64,000 nt of DNA from an uncultured Prevotellaceae bacterium (GTDB lineage: Bacteria; Bacteroidota; Bacteroidia; Bacteroidales; Bacteroidaceae), in assembly GCA_902768785.1 (NCBI GenBank), contig CACXMM010000032.1, positions 1,017 through 65,016 on the forward strand, written 5' to 3'. The position numbers were made by a program, and so were the translations under genes. This document shows positions 10,901-21,119 of the stretch, piece by piece. Below the pieces are notes generated by a model. That model saw only the letters and a program-made list of their open reading frames with translations. It ran no database searches and was not told the DNA's origin. Position 1 is the first letter of the stretch. Each line of letters starts with the position of its first letter.

Positions 10901-13900
10901 ATATCGAATTCAGTGTAACTTGTCCAGAGGGAACAATCCTTAACGTCAACAACATCGGTCTGAAGGTGGGTGCCGTCTCCACTAACAACATAAACTGTCA
11001 TATTTACTACTCCACCGACAACTTCTCCACACGCACTACGATATACTCACCCACGGGTATGACATCAGGTGAGATGAACGAAGTGAGTTCCTCGCCTGTT
11101 ATTCAGCTCGAAGAGGGTGAAAGCGTGAAGTTGCGCATTTATCCTTGGAGTACCAATGCATTTGATAGCGGCAAGTATATTGCAGTTAGCGATGTAGTAA
11201 TTAGTGGAAAGGCAAAGGATGCCGCAGGCGTGAACATTGAAGGGTCTATCACCTATGCGCTTGACAAGGGTGGATTGAATCAAGGCAATGATGTGGTATT
11301 CAATCCGGAAGCGTTAAGTGCAGGTTTCTCAGGAAAGACATGGACGGCAGGAAGTGCGCTGACTGTCAGCGGAACACAAAACTATCAAGGAGCTTCAGGT
11401 GAAGCCAACATTACACAGACAAAGGTCGCAAACGAATCTGGTAGTCAGACAGCTGACACAGCCAATAGAGATAATACACTCACTCTGACCCTTACACCAG
11501 AGGACGGTTTCACTTTCGTTCCCTCAAGAATCAGCTTCGAGGCTGCCCGCTACGGAACAGATGGTGGAAACATTGGTGCTTCTGTTGATGCTGGAGAGAC
11601 ACATGTTGACTTGGTGACCAATGCTGGTGTGAACCGAAGCGGTAAGTCTCTCACAATTGCAAGATTCTCAAATGAGGTCACAAATGTCACTGCCACTGCA
11701 GATAATCCTCTTAAAGTGAACTTCTCATTCTTGAAGATGAACAATGAAAAGTCCATGGGTATCTCTAATGTTGTCATCGAAGGCCAATTGGTAGGCTCTG
11801 CAGCACAAGTAACCAAATACATATTGACTACTCAAGTGTTGCCATCAGCAGAGGCTGGCTCTGTCAGCCGCAATCCTGATCTGGAACAGTATAAGGAAGG
11901 TTCTACGGTGACGTTGAAGGCTACCAAGAATTTCGGTTATCGGTTCGTGGAGTGGCAGGATGCCACAGGTGCAGTAGTAAGCACTGATGCAGAAACCACC
12001 GTCACGATGGATGCCGAGAAGACCATGAAAGCTGTGTTCGAGGCCGTACCGGTATATACCGTCAGTACCCAGGTGACCAACAATGCCGAGCGCGATGGCT
12101 TAGGCAGTATCTCACTGAGTCCCAATAACCATAACGGACAGTACGAGGCAGGAACGACAATTCAAGCTGTGGCCAATGAAAGCAAGATTCTGAAATTCCT
12201 CTCATGGACGGATGAGAATGAGAATGCCAATGCCACTGCAACGCGCGAGGTGACGGTGAATGGCGACATGACACTGGTGGCTAACTACGAGGTGCAGGAC
12301 TTCATTGCCGTATTCGATGCCAGCAAGACTGCTGAATACGCCTCATCAGGCCCCTATCCATTCCCTGCCGACGTGACCTGGGATAACAACCGCAATGCGA
12401 GGGTCTCCGTAGTGAAGCAGAGCGACGGCTCACTTGTCACAGGTACCAACAGTGTCCCAGTTGTTCGTAACCGCACGAACAGCGGTGTACTAACCACGCT
12501 CAGCGGTGTGTTCCAGAACGGTTATAACACCTCAAAGATTGCCTGGCAGTATCAGTTCTCTACAGTAGGCTTCACCTCCGCTACGTTCTATGCTGATATG
12601 GCAGCGAAGAATGCAGCCACCAAGAACTGGAAGGCTGCCATCTCTATCGACGGAACCACTTTTGAAGACCTGGGTGAAGCCTGGACGATGACCGCCAATA
12701 CTTTGACACCACTATCCTTCACACTCCCCGAGTCTGTCATCGGTAAGGAAACAGTATATCTCCGAATCATGGGAACAGGCGAGGAACTGCTCTCTGACAA
12801 ATTTTCTTTCAACGAAGGTACATCAGAAGAAGGATTAACCTATACCAGCAATTCAGAGAGTCAGATAGGTAATGTCTATGTACTTGGCGAGGCTGTGGTT
12901 GAGGCAGATGAGGAAGCTCCAATAGTAACAGCTACCATTCCCGCTGCTAATACCACAGGAGTAAGCGCAACTGGTAAGATCACCATTTCATTCAACGAGC
13001 GCATTCAAGAGGGTAACACCGATGGTCTGTCAACGCTCACTCCAGAGGGTGGTGATGCCATTGGTATGACACCACAATGGAGCAGTAGCTCAGTAAGCTT
13101 CAGATATAACGACCTCGACTACAGCAAGACCTACACCTTCATGATGCCAGCAGGATTCGTTACAGACCGTTCAGGGAATGCTGCCGAAGCAGTGACATTC
13201 AGCTTCACTACCATGCAGCGTCCTACTGTCACGAAGGGTGATTACGATGCTGTGGTGAGCACTGCCGCCGAGCTGAAAGCCGCCATCGATGCTGCCAACA
13301 GCCGTGATGACAAGAGTACTCGCTATCGTATCTTCGTGAAGAAGGGTGAATACAAGCTGCCTACAGGCGCTACGAAGCACTATATCCACCAGAACAATGA
13401 CAAGACCGAAACATACTGGGAAGGTGACCTGCCCGATCCCATCACTTACATCACCGCTGCCAACATCTCGTTCATCGGTGAGGATATAAACGCGACCGTC
13501 ATCACACAGGATATCACTAACGATGAAGACATGCTGTTTACAGGCCAGTTCGGAAAAGTACATAAGTACGAGGAGATCAGCAACAGTGCGGTGCTCCAGT
13601 TAGAGAGTACTGCCACAGGCACTTACTTCCAGGACATCACCATCAAGAGCGGTATTAACGATGCCTTAGGACGTAACCTCGCTATTCACGACAAGAGTTC
13701 GAAGACCATTTATAAGAACACCTTATTGTATGGATACCAAGACACATGGACATCAAATAACCAGAATGGTCTTTTCTATTTCGAGGACGGAGCTGTGCGC
13801 GGACGTACCGACTACCTCTGTGGCAAGGGTGATGCCTACTTCAAGAACGTTGAGCTCCGCCAATTGAAAAGTGGCTATGCTGCCGTTCCTTCTACACCTG

Positions 13901-14625
13901 CCAATATCGGATGGGTGTTCAAGGGATGTACCTTCATCGGGGACGAAAACGGTGTTGATGGAACCTATTCGTTAGGTCGCCCGTGGGGCAAGGGAACACC
14001 CGTGGCAGTGTTCATCGACACCAAGATGAATGTTGAACCCACTCGTGCAGGCTGGAACGAGATGAGCGGTGGATGGCCAAATCGCTTTGCAGAGTATAAC
14101 TCGATGAGTGCCAGCGGTAATGCCATAGACCTGAGCGATCGTAAGACAATCTTTGCCGAGACACATGAGAACAACCCCGTACTCACCGCCGAGGAAGCGG
14201 CAGACTACAGCGACATGACGAAGATGTTCGGAGAATGGCAGCCCACACTGGCCACTGAGCAGGCTCCCGTTCCGACGAACGTCACGGCAAATGGCATGTC
14301 ACTGACATGGGATGGCAGCGACTACGCCTTGCTATGGGCAGTCTGCAAAGACGGCAACGTCATTGGTTTCACCACCGAACCATCATTCACAGTTACAGAG
14401 GAAGGATCATATAGCATCCGTGCTGCCAACGAGATGGGTGGTCTGAGCGTGGCTTCAGAGTCTGTTACTGTTGCTTCCGATGGAATTGCCACAGCCATTG
14501 ATGACAGTATCTCTAAACAAAGCAGCGACTCAACTGTCAAGTGGTACAACCTAAACGGACAGCGCGTTAACAAGCCAGTCAAGGGACTGTATATCACAAA
14601 CGGTAAGAAGATGGTTGTGAAATAG
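7966..14625 (+). CDS. secreted multidomain pectin esterase: rhamnogalacturonan acetylesterase-like SGNH (CE12) + pectin methylesterase (CE8) with InlB-type B-repeats, Ig-like domain and T9SS C-terminal sorting domain
   Basis: Start moved to MKQRITLILACL (signal peptide). SGNH blocks are GDSTM, GGRDS, FAHNDE and DGTH. CE8 motifs are YGYQDTW, GRTDYLCGKGD and LGRPWG. Listeria-Bacteroides repeats are present (TLTGWSNGETTY; GYRFVEWQD). The C-terminus KWYNLNGQRV..GLYITNGKKMVVK is a T9SS tail. Confidence 0.85.
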   Translation: MKQRITLILACLITAVMGAWAETVTAEWDWKNSSPATLSSVNIENTTGNVASTVDGINMYVDATSGKLKANGDNVAFNAGTKLQVPVVSTNDVVTVVAHPYNFINISIGGTVYTSQETNYTATSYDVNQGYVEIISTSSPYLYSIKVVQDKTAAETVFRDIVLNLTDNTLMTSEVTVKTSFGVNIASDGTPNVVEANAENANINFTASDYNGYQHGWTNLTATVKVDGPVKVTLGGCQYGSHDASITDAQDNKTTFTVAAACWNKSQATENVGVAYYKGEATTLTIKCANYTPYIAIEAVNPVDLINEATVSFVLGDATGMVPASVKAEVGSTITLPKNYTMFVEGKTLTGWSNGETTYAPGTGYTVPDADITLTPVFTTNEVSLANRTEAITLNFDFQRNNGAPIVQWQNTNGHPWVTQATIGGKTIDVAMTIDTNPGKFNNSSNTDCTQTNSGTVFTIPSCEGAIVETESHGSFSISTTTIDGKTDYTGSGTSKVSCTIDNTSEAIQIVIGDGSYYKYVKVTLPVISNGSGEATNKKVHTIGDSTMAFYDENTTITRGWGMYFGNFLTNGWTSVNYAKGGRDSRGGYNELWQNAKDNVEAGDYVLIQFAHNDEMFNGVDHDDLYNYYVLKGETATASAMDSRGTNPSTTYKSFLKNIIDEVKAKNATPILVGPACRFWFTNGKIRRSGRHDLGDSYDAIVNGELQTGLRLSSDDHTMDYAYQMKQLADAEGVKYVDLTSATEQLFNDYGSERCEAELQSEKTENGVTKPDGTHFRTAGAVLVARLCAQLMKDQGILADNLVIPTDLSVSPEIGDMGDIYVGQSGIKEFSLNGFGLNPTNGTVTVTANNGVKLSTDKSSWQDEIEIEYAGGVVVKSFYAHASMTSEGTFTATITINSGNNSIEVPLTANAIELGGGNPFSVTWALDTDGTADVEGNVTAADVSINAGGSRYKNNTLQVYNGSNLGSWPASEDDDPNRYIEFSVTCPEGTILNVNNIGLKVGAVSTNNINCHIYYSTDNFSTRTTIYSPTGMTSGEMNEVSSSPVIQLEEGESVKLRIYPWSTNAFDSGKYIAVSDVVISGKAKDAAGVNIEGSITYALDKGGLNQGNDVVFNPEALSAGFSGKTWTAGSALTVSGTQNYQGASGEANITQTKVANESGSQTADTANRDNTLTLTLTPEDGFTFVPSRISFEAARYGTDGGNIGASVDAGETHVDLVTNAGVNRSGKSLTIARFSNEVTNVTATADNPLKVNFSFLKMNNEKSMGISNVVIEGQLVGSAAQVTKYILTTQVLPSAEAGSVSRNPDLEQYKEGSTVTLKATKNFGYRFVEWQDATGAVVSTDAETTVTMDAEKTMKAVFEAVPVYTVSTQVTNNAERDGLGSISLSPNNHNGQYEAGTTIQAVANESKILKFLSWTDENENANATATREVTVNGDMTLVANYEVQDFIAVFDASKTAEYASSGPYPFPADVTWDNNRNARVSVVKQSDGSLVTGTNSVPVVRNRTNSGVLTTLSGVFQNGYNTSKIAWQYQFSTVGFTSATFYADMAAKNAATKNWKAAISIDGTTFEDLGEAWTMTANTLTPLSFTLPESVIGKETVYLRIMGTGEELLSDKFSFNEGTSEEGLTYTSNSESQIGNVYVLGEAVVEADEEAPIVTATIPAANTTGVSATGKITISFNERIQEGNTDGLSTLTPEGGDAIGMTPQWSSSSVSFRYNDLDYSKTYTFMMPAGFVTDRSGNAAEAVTFSFTTMQRPTVTKGDYDAVVSTAAELKAAIDAANSRDDKSTRYRIFVKKGEYKLPTGATKHYIHQNNDKTETYWEGDLPDPITYITAANISFIGEDINATVITQDITNDEDMLFTGQFGKVHKYEEISNSAVLQLESTATGTYFQDITIKSGINDALGRNLAIHDKSSKTIYKNTLLYGYQDTWTSNNQNGLFYFEDGAVRGRTDYLCGKGDAYFKNVELRQLKSGYAAVPSTPANIGWVFKGCTFIGDENGVDGTYSLGRPWGKGTPVAVFIDTKMNVEPTRAGWNEMSGGWPNRFAEYNSMSASGNAIDLSDRKTIFAETHENNPVLTAEEAADYSDMTKMFGEWQPTLATEQAPVPTNVTANGMSLTWDGSDYALLWAVCKDGNVIGFTTEPSFTVTEEGSYSIRAANEMGGLSVASESVTVASDGIATAIDDSISKQSSDSTVKWYNLNGQRVNKPVKGLYITNGKKMVVK

Positions 14626-14653
14626 TCATTATGGTGATTTCCTGACAGTAAAG

Positions 14654-14685
14654 GGAGGATGAAGTAACCTTCATCTTCCTTTTAT
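14654..14685 (+). terminator. rho-independent terminator after the esterase gene
   Basis: GGAGGATGAAG-TAAC-CTTCATCTTCC stem (one mismatch) followed by TTTTATT. Confidence 0.7.
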
Positions 14686-14797
14686 TGTATTTATTTCGTT
14701 AACACGAGTGATAACAATCAACCGTATCAAGTAAAGACACATATAATCCCCTTAGAACTTTTTCCTGTATATTCTTGGCGCTTTCAGTAGAAAAACG

Positions 14798-14805
14798 TAT
14801 CTTTG
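14798..14805 (+). promoter_or_regulatory. -7 box TATCTTTG upstream of the PL11 lyase gene
   Basis: TAnnTTTG match 70 nt upstream of the ATG at 14875. Confidence 0.55.
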
Positions 14806-14874
14806 TATGCTGAAAGAACAATCCTGAAGGAAACTAACAGGACTAAGTAACCCTTGTAACTAAAAGCGAAAACG

Positions 14875-17800
14875 ATGAAACGAATTCTTATACTCGCATT
14901 GGGACTGACGCTTATGACCGTTGGAGCATGCGCACAACGTAAAACAGACAAGTTGGATCGCGGGCTGGTTGCAGTAGCAGTCGGAGGTAATACCTATATT
15001 AGTTGGCGTAGGTTAGCGGAAGAATACTACGATGTCACTTATAATGTATATAGTAACGACGTGAAGATAGCCGAAGGATTAACTGTTTCGAATTATACTT
15101 ATGCTACCAATAGTAGTAATACATATAAGGTTAGAGCTGTCGTAAATGGTGTAGAGCAATCCCCATCAAAAAGTGTTACCCCATGGGGCTACGCAGATAA
15201 TTCAAGTGGTTGTGCGGGGTATATTGACCTTACCTTACCCTCTCCCATTTATGCCCGTGACGGACAGACAGACATGACGGATCAGTATATCCCAAATGAT
15301 ATTGAAATGGCTGATTTGGATGGTGATGGACAATTAGACATCCTGTTGAAACGCAAAAGCGTTTATGATGAAACTGATTTCTATCTACAGCGTACCACAG
15401 AGGCTACGAAGGCGTATGACCGTATAGAAGCTTATAAAATGGATGTCCACGCCAACAACAAACTAACGTTACTTTGGTGGATTGATGTTGGTCCGAACAT
15501 GGTAAGCGGCAACTCCACTGAACTGAATATGCTGGCTTTCGACTGGGATAAGGACGGTGCGGCAGAGGTCTTACTTCGCGGAGCGAACGGTATGATCATA
15601 CACTATCTGAACAATGGCGTTGAGACAGGAACACAGGTTATCGGTGACAACCCTTATGAAGATACCCGTAACGATATATCCCATTTTGCCAATGCCACAT
15701 ATACGTGGAGCGGTGCGGAATACTTGTTGTATCTGAACGGTCGGACTGGTGTACCCTATCCTATCGGTAACAACAATAAGCTATGGATGGATTATCCGCT
15801 AAAGCGTTTGGAACACGGTGAGACAGATGTTCCTGATGCGTGGTGGTATTCAGCACAATATAATGGTGGGAAAACAGGCATATTGGGACACCGCGACAGC
15901 AAGTATTTTTTCGGTGCGCCCTATCTTGACGGACATAATCCCAGCATCTTCCTTGCACGTGGCATCTATACCCGTCATAAAATGATTGCATATGATGTGG
16001 ATGCAAACCATAAACTGACAGAACGATGGAGATGGGATTGTAACGACAGGAACAGTCCCTGGTTTGGTCAGGGCTACCATAACTATATCGTTGCTGATGT
16101 CGATGAGGACGGACGCGACGAGATCGTCTATGGTTCGATGGTGATTGATGACAATGGAAAAGGACTTCACACCACTGGCTATGGACATGGAGATGCACAG
16201 CATGTACGTGACTTCGATCCTTATCGCAAAGGTTTGGAGATGTTTGCCTGTTTGGAGGAATATCCAAATTGGGGAAGTAACTACAGGAATGCATCAACAG
16301 GTGAGATCTATTATAAATACACCTCACCTGTTACTTACACCAACGGGAAAATGGATGATCATGACGATGGGCGTTGTTTGGCTGGTAACTTCTTCAATGA
16401 CATCCCAGGTTCTTTAGGGCGATCAGTGGGTTCTGGTCTCGTGGGTCTCTCAAGAAATGTGAATGGCAAGGCAGAAGAGCTCTTTTCACACGATGAAGCG
16501 GAACCGTGGGTTGACTATTCTTGGCTGAACTTCAGATTATATTGGGACGGTGATCTTCTGGATGAGATCCTTGACAGTCCAGCAGGAGGTACTGCAGATA
16601 ATCATGCGGGGGCGGTGATCAAATACGACCGCGTAAGCACCAACGGTAAAGGAACGAGGCTCTTTAATGCTGATGGCTCTTTATTGAACAATAGCACAAA
16701 GAACAATCCCTGCTTTTTAGGTGACATTCTTGGTGACTGGCGTGAGGAGTTTATTCTCCGAACCAGTCCGACAACCATGCGCCTTTATACAACAGTTGCT
16801 CCTACAACATATCCTATCTACACCCTCTGGCACGACCATCAATATCGTCAGGCAATGAGTACGCAGATGCAGGTTTACAATCTTCCTCCTAATCCAAGTT
16901 TCTTCTTGGGCGAGATGGAAGGAATCACCGTGGCTCCACCACCATTGACAAATAATGGTCGTATTGTGATTGGGAACAATACCACCATCGACAACAGCTA
17001 TAACGGACAACACCTGCTGCACAACGAGTATGCCAACACCTCACTGAGCATAAGCGGCGGTGTACCCGACGTTCTGACCATCAACGTGCCAGCTTGGGTA
17101 CAGGGGCACGACAATAACAATAACATCACCACGATTACCTACACCTGCACACTATCAGACGGAGCTCTGAGCGGCAGCACGAGGTTAGTGAAGCAGGGAA
17201 ACGGCATCCTGAATATGGGCAACACTGTTCATTCCCATACGGGTGAAACCAACATCTGGGGTGGAACCGTGGAATTTAACGGCACGATGCAAAACAGTCA
17301 TGTATGGATGAACCGCCATACGGTGCTGAACACCACAGACAGTCATTTTAACAATGGCCTAACCATGGAGTATGATGCTACGTTGAATATCGGAGGAGCC
17401 TCTATGGGGACAGTGAGCAGCGTGGATATCTCGACATTGACCATGAACTATGGATCGCGTGTGGTGCTGGATGTGAATGGATCGGACGATACCGAACACG
17501 ACTGGCTCAACGTCACTATATTGAATGTGGATGATAGCAAGGTGGGAATTGCTGCATGGGAGGACTACGGACCGGAACATATCGCGCCGGTGATAGAATT
17601 GAGGATGCGGACGACATTGGGTAACGGCATCTACCCCATCGGACATGTCGCCACCGTGAACGGTGATCTCTCAAAGGTGAAGTTAGTGTGCAATACTATC
17701 ATTGCAAGCTACTTGAGTCTTATCGTCGATGATGGGATGCTCTGTCTGCAGGTCTCTGACGTGCCTGTTGTCAATGATGCTTCCTTTGAGATTACAGGGA

Positions 17801-18876
17801 TGGAAAGCTATGATAATGACTACTTCCTGCCAGTCTTAGGCATTATGGCCAACAACACGAATGGTTTAGCCCCTACCCTGACCGGCAAGTTCATTGCCCT
17901 TGACGGAACGGTAACGAATGTAGGAAGCAAAGCTGCAGAAACGCTGTACAGCGAGGAGTTTGAAGGCAGTACAAACTCCAGTGACTATTGGAAGAACGGG
18001 AATGGTGGCATCTATTCACCCAGCTACACAAATAGCGATGGACAGTGCATCGGCATTGTATCGAGTGCTGACAGAGGCGACTATATAACCTTCGATGTTG
18101 ACTATACCGACGTAGAGTTATATCACATCGATTTCGATGTGTATTTTAACAATGCATCAAAAACCACCGATTTCGTTGTCATGAGCCAGAGTCATGAAGC
18201 ATCATGGGTCTATAACTGGGGATACGACTGGTTTACGACCAGCAAATCAGGTCATAACCCTTTCCTGTTCTTTATTAGACGTGGAGAAAGCTCAACATCC
18301 TTCACTGTGAACGAAACCGCCCAAACGATGACACTGAATAACAGTACGTGGTATCATTTCACGCTGACTGTAGATGTTCAAAATGGATCTGTGGATTATG
18401 TGGTCACACAGAAAGGCAGTTCGTCAGTGGTAAGCAGAGGGTCATACACCTTGCCTGAAGGGGAAAGTGCAGCGTGTGACGGTTTCTATATCCGTAATGG
18501 AAGATACAATTATGAACCAGGTGGAGCCGGCATAGACAACATCATTATTTCCACACCAGAATCAAGCTTCGACAGCTATACTTTCACCAAACCAGGCACG
18601 CTTGAGGTGACATCTTCTTTGGAAGGCTACGCTTCAAGCACCAAGTCGTTTGAGGTGTTGTGCCCCTATATCAAGGTAGGGAACACGGGTAACATCGCCA
18701 TTGACTACATCCCTGAGTGCTCGCACAATGAGTCGGGTATCACCACGAATATGGAAACCACCCCGTTCTTCATCAACAGCAACGATGTGATGTACGACTT
18801 ACAAGGACGGAAACTGCAGAACGGTAGTGTAGCCAAAGGAATCTACATCTTAGGGAACAAGAAAGTCGTAAGATAA
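14875..18876 (+). CDS. rhamnogalacturonan lyase (PL11-like beta-propeller) with beta-helix repeats, lectin-like domain and T9SS C-terminal domain
   Basis: FG-GAP/calcium-type repeats (DLDGDGQLDILL, DWDKDGAAEVLL, DVDEDGRDEIVYG, GDILGDWREEFILR) and a YesW-like block LWHDHQYRQAMSTQMQVYNLPPNPSFFLG. It also has a PATR-like LVKQGNGILNMGN repeat and the C-terminal tail YDLQGRKL..GIYILGNKKVVR. Confidence 0.8.
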   Translation: MKRILILALGLTLMTVGACAQRKTDKLDRGLVAVAVGGNTYISWRRLAEEYYDVTYNVYSNDVKIAEGLTVSNYTYATNSSNTYKVRAVVNGVEQSPSKSVTPWGYADNSSGCAGYIDLTLPSPIYARDGQTDMTDQYIPNDIEMADLDGDGQLDILLKRKSVYDETDFYLQRTTEATKAYDRIEAYKMDVHANNKLTLLWWIDVGPNMVSGNSTELNMLAFDWDKDGAAEVLLRGANGMIIHYLNNGVETGTQVIGDNPYEDTRNDISHFANATYTWSGAEYLLYLNGRTGVPYPIGNNNKLWMDYPLKRLEHGETDVPDAWWYSAQYNGGKTGILGHRDSKYFFGAPYLDGHNPSIFLARGIYTRHKMIAYDVDANHKLTERWRWDCNDRNSPWFGQGYHNYIVADVDEDGRDEIVYGSMVIDDNGKGLHTTGYGHGDAQHVRDFDPYRKGLEMFACLEEYPNWGSNYRNASTGEIYYKYTSPVTYTNGKMDDHDDGRCLAGNFFNDIPGSLGRSVGSGLVGLSRNVNGKAEELFSHDEAEPWVDYSWLNFRLYWDGDLLDEILDSPAGGTADNHAGAVIKYDRVSTNGKGTRLFNADGSLLNNSTKNNPCFLGDILGDWREEFILRTSPTTMRLYTTVAPTTYPIYTLWHDHQYRQAMSTQMQVYNLPPNPSFFLGEMEGITVAPPPLTNNGRIVIGNNTTIDNSYNGQHLLHNEYANTSLSISGGVPDVLTINVPAWVQGHDNNNNITTITYTCTLSDGALSGSTRLVKQGNGILNMGNTVHSHTGETNIWGGTVEFNGTMQNSHVWMNRHTVLNTTDSHFNNGLTMEYDATLNIGGASMGTVSSVDISTLTMNYGSRVVLDVNGSDDTEHDWLNVTILNVDDSKVGIAAWEDYGPEHIAPVIELRMRTTLGNGIYPIGHVATVNGDLSKVKLVCNTIIASYLSLIVDDGMLCLQVSDVPVVNDASFEITGMESYDNDYFLPVLGIMANNTNGLAPTLTGKFIALDGTVTNVGSKAAETLYSEEFEGSTNSSDYWKNGNGGIYSPSYTNSDGQCIGIVSSADRGDYITFDVDYTDVELYHIDFDVYFNNASKTTDFVVMSQSHEASWVYNWGYDWFTTSKSGHNPFLFFIRRGESSTSFTVNETAQTMTLNNSTWYHFTLTVDVQNGSVDYVVTQKGSSSVVSRGSYTLPEGESAACDGFYIRNGRYNYEPGGAGIDNIIISTPESSFDSYTFTKPGTLEVTSSLEGYASSTKSFEVLCPYIKVGNTGNIAIDYIPECSHNESGITTNMETTPFFINSNDVMYDLQGRKLQNGSVAKGIYILGNKKVVR

Positions 18877-19015
18877 CTGATCACGGAAAGCTCAGATCTT
18901 ACGGATGAAGTCCTTAAAGTCCCAAAGTCCGTAGAGCATTATATCTAATTTGTATCATTTACCACAGCGGTAGTATTTTTTTCACTCTTCACTTTTCACT
19001 ATTACCTTTTTTTTG

Positions 19016-19023
19016 TACCTTTG
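19016..19023 (+). promoter_or_regulatory. -7 box TACCTTTG upstream of metG
   Basis: TAnnTTTG match 24 nt before the ATG, preceded by a TTCACTN x3 tract. Confidence 0.6.
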
Positions 19024-19046
19024 CAGGCAAAACAAAAATACATTCA

Positions 19047-21116
19047 ATGGAAGAGAACAAGAAGTATAAGAGAACGACGGTGACGTCGGCACTGCCGTAT
19101 GCTAACGGCGGTGTGCATATCGGTCATTTAGCCGGTGTGTATGTGCCAGCAGATATCTATGTGCGCTACCTGCGACTGAAGAAGCGCGAGGTGCTTTTCA
19201 TCGGTGGATCGGATGAACACGGTGTACCCATCACTATTCGTGCCCGCAAGGAAGGCATCACCCCACAGGACGTGGTAGATCGCTACCATGAGATGATCAA
19301 GAAGAGCTTCGAGGAGTTCGGCATCTCGTTCGATATCTACAGCAGGACAACCTCGGAAACCCATCACAAGTTCGCAGCCGACTGGTTCCGGAAACTTTAT
19401 GATGAGGGAAAGTTGGTAGAGGAAACCACCACCCAACTTTACGATGAGGAGGCCAAACAGTTTCTTGCCGACCGCTACGTGACAGGAGAGTGCCCTCATT
19501 GTCATAACGAGAACGCATACGGTGACCAGTGTGAGAAGTGCGGCCGTGACCTCTCTCCCACTGAGCTCATCAACCCCAAGTCAACCATCTCCGGTTCCAC
19601 TCCAGTACTGAAAGACACCAAGAACTGGTATCTTCCCTTGAACGAGTATCAGGAATGGCTGAAGCAGTGGATTCTGGAAGAGCACAAGGAATGGCGCCCA
19701 AACGTGTACGGACAATGTAAGTCATGGTTAGACATGGATCTTCAGCCACGTGCCATGACACGTGACCTTGACTGGGGAATCCCCGTGCCCATCGAGGGTG
19801 CCGATGGAAAAGTGCTCTACGTATGGTTCGATGCCCCCATCGGCTATGTCAGCAATACCGTTGAACTCTGTCAGAAGGAACCTGAGAAATGGGGCAACTG
19901 GGAGAAGTGGTGGCAGGATGAGGATACCCGACTGGTGCATTTCATCGGCAAGGACAACATCGTATTCCATTGCATTATCTTCCCCGTGATGATGAAGGCA
20001 CACGGTAAGTTTATCATGCCTGATAATGTGCCCGCCAATGAGTTCCTGAACTTAGAGAATGACAAGATCTCCACCTCAAGGAACTGGGCTGTCTGGTTGC
20101 ACGAATATCTGGTTGATATGCCAGGCAAACAAGATGTGCTGCGCTATGTACTGACAGCCAATGCGCCTGAGACCAAAGACAATAACTTCACCTGGAAGGA
20201 TTTCCAAGATCGTAATAACAACGAACTCGTGGCTGTCTATGGCAACTTCGTCAACCGTGCCTTGCAGCTGACAAAGAAATACTGGAATGGTATTGTGCCA
20301 GCTTGTGGCGAACTGCAGGAAGTGGATCAGCAGGCATTGGATGAGTTCAAGGACGTAAAGCAGAAGGTGGAAGCCCTGCTCGATCAGTTCAAGTTCCGCG
20401 ATGCCCAGTTCGAGGCCATGAACCTTGCTCGTATCGGTAATCGTTATATCACGGAATGCGAGCCATGGAAAGTATGGAAGACTGACCCTAAGCGCTGTGA
20501 GACCATCCTGAATATCTGTCTGCAGCTGACTGCCAACCTCGCCATTGCCTTTGAGCCTTTCTTGCCTTTCTCAAGTAAAAAGTTGCGTGATTTGCTCAAT
20601 CTGGATACTTTTGAGTGGGATCAGTTGGGCAGTACCGATCTGCTGAAGGCCGGTCATCAGTTAAATGAACCAACCCTGCTCTTCGAGAAGATCGAGGATG
20701 ACGTCATCCAAAAACAGCTCGACAAGCTGGAAGCAACGAAGAAGGCCAATGAAGCAGCTCAGTATAAGGCGGCTCCCATTAAGGATACCGTCTCGTTCGA
20801 GGACTTCGAGAAGCTGGACATCCGTGTGGGATTGGTAAAAGACTGTCAGAAGGTGAAGAAATCGAAGAAGCTCCTTCAGTTCACCATCGATGATGGAACA
20901 GGTACTGATCGCACGATCTGTTCAGGTATCGCAGCCTTCTACGAAAATCCCGAGGAACTGATCGGCAAGCGCATTCTCTTCGTGGCCAACTTCGCTCCGC
21001 GGAAGATGATGGGCATCGAGAGTCAGGGCATGATCCTCTCAGCCGTTGACTTCGATGAGAGCCTCAGTGTGGTGACCACTACCAAAGACGTGAAGCCAGG
21101 CTGTCAGGTGGGGTAA
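19047..21116 (+). CDS. metG: methionine--tRNA ligase
   Basis: HIGH-type motif (GGVHIGH), zinc knuckles CPHC...CEKC, KMSKS-like KISTSR, and a C-terminal Trbp111/EMAP-like tRNA-binding domain. Confidence 0.93.
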   Translation: MEENKKYKRTTVTSALPYANGGVHIGHLAGVYVPADIYVRYLRLKKREVLFIGGSDEHGVPITIRARKEGITPQDVVDRYHEMIKKSFEEFGISFDIYSRTTSETHHKFAADWFRKLYDEGKLVEETTTQLYDEEAKQFLADRYVTGECPHCHNENAYGDQCEKCGRDLSPTELINPKSTISGSTPVLKDTKNWYLPLNEYQEWLKQWILEEHKEWRPNVYGQCKSWLDMDLQPRAMTRDLDWGIPVPIEGADGKVLYVWFDAPIGYVSNTVELCQKEPEKWGNWEKWWQDEDTRLVHFIGKDNIVFHCIIFPVMMKAHGKFIMPDNVPANEFLNLENDKISTSRNWAVWLHEYLVDMPGKQDVLRYVLTANAPETKDNNFTWKDFQDRNNNELVAVYGNFVNRALQLTKKYWNGIVPACGELQEVDQQALDEFKDVKQKVEALLDQFKFRDAQFEAMNLARIGNRYITECEPWKVWKTDPKRCETILNICLQLTANLAIAFEPFLPFSSKKLRDLLNLDTFEWDQLGSTDLLKAGHQLNEPTLLFEKIEDDVIQKQLDKLEATKKANEAAQYKAAPIKDTVSFEDFEKLDIRVGLVKDCQKVKKSKKLLQFTIDDGTGTDRTICSGIAAFYENPEELIGKRILFVANFAPRKMMGIESQGMILSAVDFDESLSVVTTTKDVKPGCQVG

Positions 21117-21119
21117 ATA

